A DNA stretch of 64,000 nt from an uncultured Gemmatimonadales bacterium (GTDB taxonomy: Bacteria > Gemmatimonadota > Gemmatimonadetes > Longimicrobiales > RSA9). Of this stretch, positions 58,517 to 64,000 are shown piece after piece. The stretch is taken from contig CAWCRS010000007.1 in NCBI GenBank assembly GCA_963798085.1, positions 1,600,001 through 1,664,000 of the forward strand, written 5' to 3'. How positions within the stretch are numbered: position 1 is the first letter of the stretch; each line of letters begins with the position of its first letter. The notes under the pieces are model-generated. The model saw only the letters and a program-made list of their open reading frames with translations, was not told where the DNA came from and did no database searches. The position numbers and the translations under genes were made by a program.

Positions 58517-59419
58517 GTGTCATACATCCCGCGATTCTGCAGATCGCTGCTCCAGCGGACGCGTGCTCTGCCGCCCGCGGTCCTGCTGCTGGTCAGTACC
58601 GCACTCCCTGCCGCCGCACAGCTGCAATTGCCCGCACCAGTGGGATACGTCAACGATTTCGCCGGCATCATCCCCGCGGAGCGCGCGCAGCAGATGCAGC
58701 GCATCATCGATGAAGTGCGCCAGAAGTCCGGCGGCGAGATCGTCGTGGTGACACTGTCATCGCTGGAAGGCCGGCCCATCGAGGATGTGGCGCTGCAGAT
58801 CGGTCGCGAGTGGAAGATCGGTCGCAAAGGCGATCCCGGTGATGCGGGGCGCAATACAGGCAGCGTCATTCTGGTCGTACCCAAGGAGAAGTCGCCGGAT
58901 GGCCGCGGCCACGTCTATATCGCCACCGGCCTCGGCACCAACACCTTCATCACCGCCGCGCAGGCCGGTCGTATCCAGGACAATGCCATGGTCCCCGCCT
59001 TCCGTCGCGGCGACTACGGCACCGGCATCCTCCAGGGTGTGGCGGCGGTGGCGGACCGGTACGCGCGCCATTTCGGTTTCGAGCTCACAGGCGGTGCCAC
59101 GCGCCCCGCCAGTCCGCCCGCGAACGGACGCGGCAATGGCCCGGCGGCCGGCATCGGCTTCTTCGCACTGCTCGCGTTTCTTGCTATTCTCAGACTCGTC
59201 ATGCGACGGGGACGCCGCCGCAGGATGGGTGTTCCATCTCCGCTCTTCCTGCCACTGCTCCTGAGCAGCGCCATGCGGGGCGGGCGACGCGGAGGCGGCA
59301 GCTGGGGTGGCTTCGGTGGCTTCGGCGGGGGCGGTGGCGGCGGTCACAATAGCGGTGGGTTCGGCGGGTTCGGAGGCGGGGGCGGTTTTGGGGGCGGGGG
59401 TGCGGGCCGGAGCTGGTGA
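58517..59419 (+). CDS. TPM-domain (YgcG-like) membrane protein
   Basis: GYVNDFAGI, EIVVVT, WKIG.KG, IATG.G, P.FR.GDY..G, TM, Gly/Phe-rich tail ending GAGRSW; start uncertain. Confidence 0.9.
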   Translation: MSYIPRFCRSLLQRTRALPPAVLLLVSTALPAAAQLQLPAPVGYVNDFAGIIPAERAQQMQRIIDEVRQKSGGEIVVVTLSSLEGRPIEDVALQIGREWKIGRKGDPGDAGRNTGSVILVVPKEKSPDGRGHVYIATGLGTNTFITAAQAGRIQDNAMVPAFRRGDYGTGILQGVAAVADRYARHFGFELTGGATRPASPPANGRGNGPAAGIGFFALLAFLAILRLVMRRGRRRRMGVPSPLFLPLLLSSAMRGGRRGGGSWGGFGGFGGGGGGGHNSGGFGGFGGGGGFGGGGAGRSW

Positions 59420-59428
59420 GGGAGGGAC

Positions 59429-60106
59429 GTGGATCCACGCACAGCAGCCAGAGAAACGAGCAGCGGACTCGAGCGCGCACTGGGTAACCACCTGCGCGCT
59501 GTCGTGCTGTACGGATCCGTCGCGCGCGGCGAGTTCATTCAAGGCGTAAGCGACATCAACCTGCTGGTGCTGCTGGACGACATCGATACGTCCGCGCTGC
59601 TCAGCGCTGCGCCCGCCGTTGCACGCGGCGCCGAGCGCCACGTCAATCCGCTGATTCTCGAGTGGCAGGATCGGATTCGCGCCGCCGACGTCTTCGGCAT
59701 CGAGCTGCTGGACATGGAGGATGCGCACGAAGTGCTGGTCGGCGTGCATCCTTTTGCCGACGTCGTCGTCCCGCGCCCCGCACTGCGGCTCCAGGCGGAA
59801 CGCGAGCTTCGTTCCAAGCTGCTGGCGCTGCACGCCGGCATGCTGCACACCGCCGCCGATGGCGTGGCGCTGGGTGGCCTGCTCATGGCGGCGCTGCCAT
59901 CCTTTGCGACGTACCTGCGCGCCGTGCTGCGACTCGCACGCGAGCCCGTGCCTGCCACGGCGTCCGGTGTGATTCGACACGCGTGCGGGCACATTGGCGC
60001 CGACCCGGCAGGCCTGCTTGCCGCCGAGCAGCAGCGCCGAACGGCTGCACCCTGGAGGCTGGTTCCCACGGATCCCATCGTCGAGATCCTACCGCGCGGC
60101 CTGTGA
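59429..60106 (+). CDS. Nucleotidyltransferase-fold protein (probably extends to 60146 past a 1-nt indel)
   Basis: VLYGSVARGE....SDIN, ADVFGIE..D, LRLQAERELR; alternate frame continues SYRAACERAASWIDAFDGE*. Confidence 0.8.
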   Translation: MDPRTAARETSSGLERALGNHLRAVVLYGSVARGEFIQGVSDINLLVLLDDIDTSALLSAAPAVARGAERHVNPLILEWQDRIRAADVFGIELLDMEDAHEVLVGVHPFADVVVPRPALRLQAERELRSKLLALHAGMLHTAADGVALGGLLMAALPSFATYLRAVLRLAREPVPATASGVIRHACGHIGADPAGLLAAEQQRRTAAPWRLVPTDPIVEILPRGL

Positions 60107-60152
60107 ACGGGCTGCGTCCTGGATCGACGCGTTCGACGGAGAATGAAGAGCG

Positions 60153-60776
60153 ATGAACGCCCGGCCATCTCCCCTGCGACGACTGCACCGCCCGCTGGCG
60201 ATCACGGCGCTCGCCATGCTCACCGGTTGCGGCTACAACCGCATCCAGGCCCTCGACGAACAGGTCGAGGCGAACCGCGCCAACATCCAGACCGAATTGC
60301 AGCGCCGCAACGATCTGATTCCCAACCTGGTGCAGACTGTGGACGAAGCCGCCAGCTTCGAGAAGACCACGTTCACACAGGTGGCGGAAGCGCGCTCCGG
60401 TCTGACCAGAGCGCGCGAACAGCTGGCGCAGGCGCTCAGCAACAAGGCCCCCGCGGATCAGCTGGGCCCGGCCGCCAATGCGGTGAGCGAGAATCTGCGG
60501 ACATTCCTGAATGTCTCCGTGGAAGCCTACCCCACGCTGACCGCGAACAAGAACTTCACGGGACTGCAGGACGAGCTGACGGAAACAGAGAATCGCATCG
60601 CCGTGGCCCGTCGTGATTACAACGAGGCGGTCCAGCACTACAACACCTTCATCCGGCAGTTCCCGCAGGCCCTTACCGCGAAGGTCACCGGCGCGAAGCG
60701 CAAGGAGCCGTTCGCCGCGCCTTCATCGGCCCAGGAGGCGCCACGCGTGCAGTTCCACCGTGATTCCGGAAGCTGA
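60153..60776 (+). CDS. lemA: LemA family lipoprotein
   Basis: Lipobox LTGC-GYN, QRRNDLIPNLV, EAYP.L.AN, QDELTETENRIAVARRDYN, FP. Confidence 0.93.
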   Translation: MNARPSPLRRLHRPLAITALAMLTGCGYNRIQALDEQVEANRANIQTELQRRNDLIPNLVQTVDEAASFEKTTFTQVAEARSGLTRAREQLAQALSNKAPADQLGPAANAVSENLRTFLNVSVEAYPTLTANKNFTGLQDELTETENRIAVARRDYNEAVQHYNTFIRQFPQALTAKVTGAKRKEPFAAPSSAQEAPRVQFHRDSGS

Positions 60777-60830
60777 GGCCGTGCGCGGGAAGGGAACTCC
60801 CCGCATCACGCAGCCGTAACTGGAGCCGAC

Positions 60831-61700
60831 ATGTACCCGGTGATCTTCCGTATCGGCGGCTTTCCCATCACGAGCTTCGGCGTGATGATGTTCCTGGCGT
60901 TCCTGGCGGGCGCCTGGGCGCTGGGTCAGCAACTCGAGCGCTACGGTCAGCCGCGGCAGCTCGCGTGGGATCTGCTCGCCGGTATCGCCATCGGCGGAAT
61001 CGTCGGCGCCAAGCTCTACTACCTCGGGCTGCACTGGCGCGATGTGGTCGCAGATCCGCTCCACGAGCTGACGAGCCGCGGCGGACTCGTCTGGTACGGC
61101 GGCTTCATCGGCGGCGTGCTCGCCTACTGGTACCAGATCCGCCGGCGCAAGCTGCCCATGGCGCTCATGTTCGACAGCTCCGCGCCGGCACTCGCGCTGG
61201 CCTACGCGGTTGGCAGGATCGGCTGCTTCCTCGTTGGTGACGATTACGGTCTGCCCACCGACAGCTGGGTGGGCGTCATCTTCCCGGCCGGCGCATCGCC
61301 CCCTTCCACGGCCGGCTACCTGCGCTCGGTCGGCGCCCAGATCCCGGCCACGATCCCTGATGCCCAGCTCGTGCCCGTCCACCCGACCCAGCTGTACGAG
61401 ACCGCGCTCGGCCTCATCATGTTTGCCATCCTCTGGCGCCTGGGGAAGAAAACGCACCCGCAAGGGCGACTGTTCGCCGTCTTCATGCTGCTGTATTCGG
61501 TCGAGCGCTTTTTCATCGAATTCGTACGCGCCAAGGGCGATCGCGTGCTGCTCGGCCTCTCCACCTCCCAGCTCGCCAGCATCCTCCTCTTTGCCCTCGC
61601 CGTCGTCCTGATCCTGCGCCAGCGCTCGGCGCCGGCCGCGCCACTCGTCAGCGAGTCAGCCGGCAAGCCCCGGCAGAAGGTGGCGCGACAGGCGGGTTGA
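60831..61700 (+). CDS. lgt: Prolipoprotein diacylglyceryl transferase
   Basis: GGLVWYGG, GRIGCFLVGDDYG, HPTQLYE, RFFIEFVR. Confidence 0.93.
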   Translation: MYPVIFRIGGFPITSFGVMMFLAFLAGAWALGQQLERYGQPRQLAWDLLAGIAIGGIVGAKLYYLGLHWRDVVADPLHELTSRGGLVWYGGFIGGVLAYWYQIRRRKLPMALMFDSSAPALALAYAVGRIGCFLVGDDYGLPTDSWVGVIFPAGASPPSTAGYLRSVGAQIPATIPDAQLVPVHPTQLYETALGLIMFAILWRLGKKTHPQGRLFAVFMLLYSVERFFIEFVRAKGDRVLLGLSTSQLASILLFALAVVLILRQRSAPAAPLVSESAGKPRQKVARQAG

Positions 61701-61714
61701 CGATCTCCACGCGT

Positions 61715-61846
61715 CGTGGAAAACATGCGTCTTCATTTTCAACGCGACGTGGAACAGTCACGCTTACTCTGTTGTCACCGAGAAAGTTGATCCGCTTGAA
61801 CTCGAGCGTTTTCTATGTGGATGACTTCGTGGATTGCTGTTGAGAA
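61715..61846. promoter_or_regulatory. Cluster of degenerate DnaA-box-like 9-mers
   Basis: TTTTCCACG(-), TTTTCAACG(+), TGTTCCACG(-), TCATCCACA(-), CAATCCACG(-), TTCTCAACA(-) in a lower-GC convergent gap. Confidence 0.4.
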
Positions 61847-61868
61847 CACGCCGAGGGCAAGAACCCGA

Positions 61869-63596
61869 TCAGCGGACGCGGATGATGCGCTGCGTCTCCG
61901 TGCTGCGATTGCTGGTCGCATCCGTGACGCGCAGCCGGATCACCTGATCGCCCTTCCGACCCTCACGCGACGCCACCTGCACCGTGATCACAGCGCTGCC
62001 CGACGGTGTTGCCTGCGCCATCCATTCGAGTCGGGTCCCGCGTTCCGAATGACCCAGACCAATGCGACCGCCCAGCCACGAGACGACCCGCGAGGGCAGG
62101 GAACCGCGGCTCGCGAGCTCGACCGACAGCTGCACACGGTAAGCTCCCGATGCCGCCAGACCGCTCGCCTCGGCGTACAGGCCGAGCGTATCGCCTGACG
62201 CGACCGTGAGGTCGGCGCGGGGCCGGAAGGTGCTCGCCGAACGTGACGTCGGCGCTGGTTGGTCGCCCCATTGAAAACACACCAGCGGATCGGACAAATG
62301 CGGTCCGCTGGTGCTGTCCTCGTCGATCATGTAGCGCGCGCGGCTGCCCAGGCGGGAGCCCGGATCGAACCCTTCCAGCGAATAAAGCCAGCTGCCCCGC
62401 GGCAATCGGATTTCGTATTCCAGCCGGGCCGTGTCGCCCGTCACCGCGAGCACGGACCGCGTTTCGGTGCGTGGCTCCAGCACACTGTCGAGCACGAAAA
62501 CGCCGGCCTGAATGGAAGCGGCCCCGCTGGCGACCGAGTCGAGGCGGAAGACGCCGTCCAGGCGCAACACCATGGAGTCGCGATCCGGCAGACGCGTCAC
62601 CTGGTGCGGCATGGCAACGAGTCGTCGCACAGTCTCAGGTGCATATCCCGAGCGGCTGCGTTTCCGCGCCAGCTCCCACGGCTGGCCCGGCAGCGGCGGG
62701 GGCGGCGGCCCGCGCTGCAGCAGCTCGAACGGCGTGTACGCCAGTTGTGCGGGATCGTAGTGCTCGACCAGGGAGCCGCTCGCCATGCCCGTCGCCGGCG
62801 TCCGCGTACGGCTGACCGGCACTCCATAACGCACGGTTAGCTGCTCGAGGTCATCGTCCCAGCGCATCATGTCCGCGACCACGGGAGCGCGGGCCAGCAT
62901 GCGGGACACGACATGACGGGCGACGTGCTCGGTCCAGCTCTCGTTCCCCGGGGTGAGATAGAGCGGGTCCGCGAGCGCCCAGAATTCGTGTTCGAAAGTC
63001 TGTCGGCGGGCGGGTGCCAGCTTGTGGTACGCGGAACGCTCCGTCGGGTCGAGCAGCCATTCAATGTCGAGTGTGGTCGCGCGCTCTTTCGGCCCCATGC
63101 GCCCGAGCGCGGCCGAGAACTGGCGCTCGGCCGTCGTGTCATCGCCCGCCGCGTGTGCAGCAAATCCCAGCAGCAACGGACCCCAGAGCGAGTCGCTGGA
63201 TGCGAGCTGGTAGAGACGAGCCGCCGAGGCCGCCTCCGAAGCTCGCCGGTCCTCCACGAGATAGCGGACCAGCGGCGCCGCCGTCGCGAAGTCACCCGGC
63301 AGATAGCTGAAGGCCGCGCGCAGGGACTCGATGGCCGTGCGGCGCGCGTCGACCACCTTGCCGTGCTCGGGATCGGGCTGCGGTTCCTGCGTGTCGTCGT
63401 AGATCAGGCAGAAGCGTCCCACGATCTCGTCGCAGGGTCCGCCGGAGTAACCGAACCGCGTGGGTACCAGTGTGCGCGACAGACGCTCGAACTCGGCTTC
63501 CGCCTTGCGCGCCGAACGGCGCAGCCTGTCGACGGAATCCGCGTTTGCCGGTGGGCCCAGCTGGACGGCGGCAGCGAGCAGAAAGGGAATCAGCAC
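61869..63596 (-). CDS. Secreted GWxTD-like domain protein
   Basis: Signal-like N-terminus, CDEIVGRFC, FWALADPLYLTPGNE..EH..R, VRYG.P, beta-rich C-terminal domains; start uncertain. Confidence 0.7.
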   Translation of the reverse strand: MLIPFLLAAAVQLGPPANADSVDRLRRSARKAEAEFERLSRTLVPTRFGYSGGPCDEIVGRFCLIYDDTQEPQPDPEHGKVVDARRTAIESLRAAFSYLPGDFATAAPLVRYLVEDRRASEAASAARLYQLASSDSLWGPLLLGFAAHAAGDDTTAERQFSAALGRMGPKERATTLDIEWLLDPTERSAYHKLAPARRQTFEHEFWALADPLYLTPGNESWTEHVARHVVSRMLARAPVVADMMRWDDDLEQLTVRYGVPVSRTRTPATGMASGSLVEHYDPAQLAYTPFELLQRGPPPPPLPGQPWELARKRSRSGYAPETVRRLVAMPHQVTRLPDRDSMVLRLDGVFRLDSVASGAASIQAGVFVLDSVLEPRTETRSVLAVTGDTARLEYEIRLPRGSWLYSLEGFDPGSRLGSRARYMIDEDSTSGPHLSDPLVCFQWGDQPAPTSRSASTFRPRADLTVASGDTLGLYAEASGLAASGAYRVQLSVELASRGSLPSRVVSWLGGRIGLGHSERGTRLEWMAQATPSGSAVITVQVASREGRKGDQVIRLRVTDATSNRSTETQRIIRVR

Positions 63597-63619
63597 GGGG
63601 TCGCTCGCGCGGATTCGGG

Positions 63620-63648
63620 TTGACGAGTTTGCGGGGCGTCGGTATGTT
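63620..63648 (+). promoter_or_regulatory. Putative sigma70 promoter
   Basis: TTGACG-17 nt-TATGTT upstream of the CDS at 63731. Confidence 0.55.
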
Positions 63649-63730
63649 GCCTTGCTGTGATCCAGGCACCGCCCGCACCGCGTTGCGGTAGCGGGCGGTT
63701 GGCACAATCAGGGACCCGATGACTCGAGGT

Positions 63731-64000
63731 ATGGCGCGTCACTCCACCAGACCCGCAGCGCCTACGGCGCCGGCGCCCGATGACGTTTTCGTCGAGCGCG
63801 TTCTCGAGACGTCGGTCTGGGCGAAGCAGAATGCGCGCCTCCTGATCATCATCGGGACCATCGTCGTGCTGCTCGGCGGGTTCCTGCTCTACTACCGTTC
63901 CTACCGCTCGCAGTTGCAGGTGCGGGCAGAAAACGAGCTGACGGCGATCCGACAGACCGTGTCGGCGGGCAACGACGCGCTGGCGGCGAAGGATCTGGAG
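63731..64000 (+). CDS. YfgM-like single-pass membrane/TPR protein (3' partial)
   Basis: GAGGT RBS; MARHSTRP..DDVFVERVLE..WAKQNAR, TM helix LLIIIGTIVVLLGGFLLYY; open to the window end; absent from the ORF track. Confidence 0.7.
   Translation, partial: MARHSTRPAAPTAPAPDDVFVERVLETSVWAKQNARLLIIIGTIVVLLGGFLLYYRSYRSQLQVRAENELTAIRQTVSAGNDALAAKDLE

Overview
GC-rich bacterial chromosomal segment, almost all on the + strand. Gene order plus GWxTD-like, PadR/ADOP and ECF-kinase families suggest Gemmatimonadota (inference). About 1-43.2 kb is tightly coupled core: lysS, lolC/E-lolD, mcsA-mcsB-clpC, bamA-skp, a lipid A cluster (lpxD, lpxC-fabZ fusion, lpxA, GnnA-like oxidoreductase, lpxB, DUF374, lpxK), nadB, gdhA, rlmH, bshC, murJ, uvrC, gltX, larC, TPR protein, DUF512, der-plsY-gpsA, MerR-surE-pcm-dedA, a TonB-dependent receptor, a very acidic protein and apt. 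About 43.3-56.5 kb is accessory-looking DNA around a tRNA-Arg(CCT). It holds an arsR-arsM-metallophosphoesterase-acr3 operon lacking arsC, a divergent nitrilase-fold gene hidden across three frames, a PadR/ADOP remnant, a frameshifted B12-radical SAM gene, and an ECF sigma/Ser-Thr kinase pair facing two secreted proteins. The end holds an M28 peptidase, TPM-nucleotidyltransferase-LemA-lgt, a DnaA-box-like cluster, a GWxTD-like gene and a partial YfgM-like gene. Small indels occur from about 46 kb onward and may be sequencing errors. No integrase, transposase, CRISPR array or rRNA was seen. All calls rest on motif recognition by eye; no searches were run.
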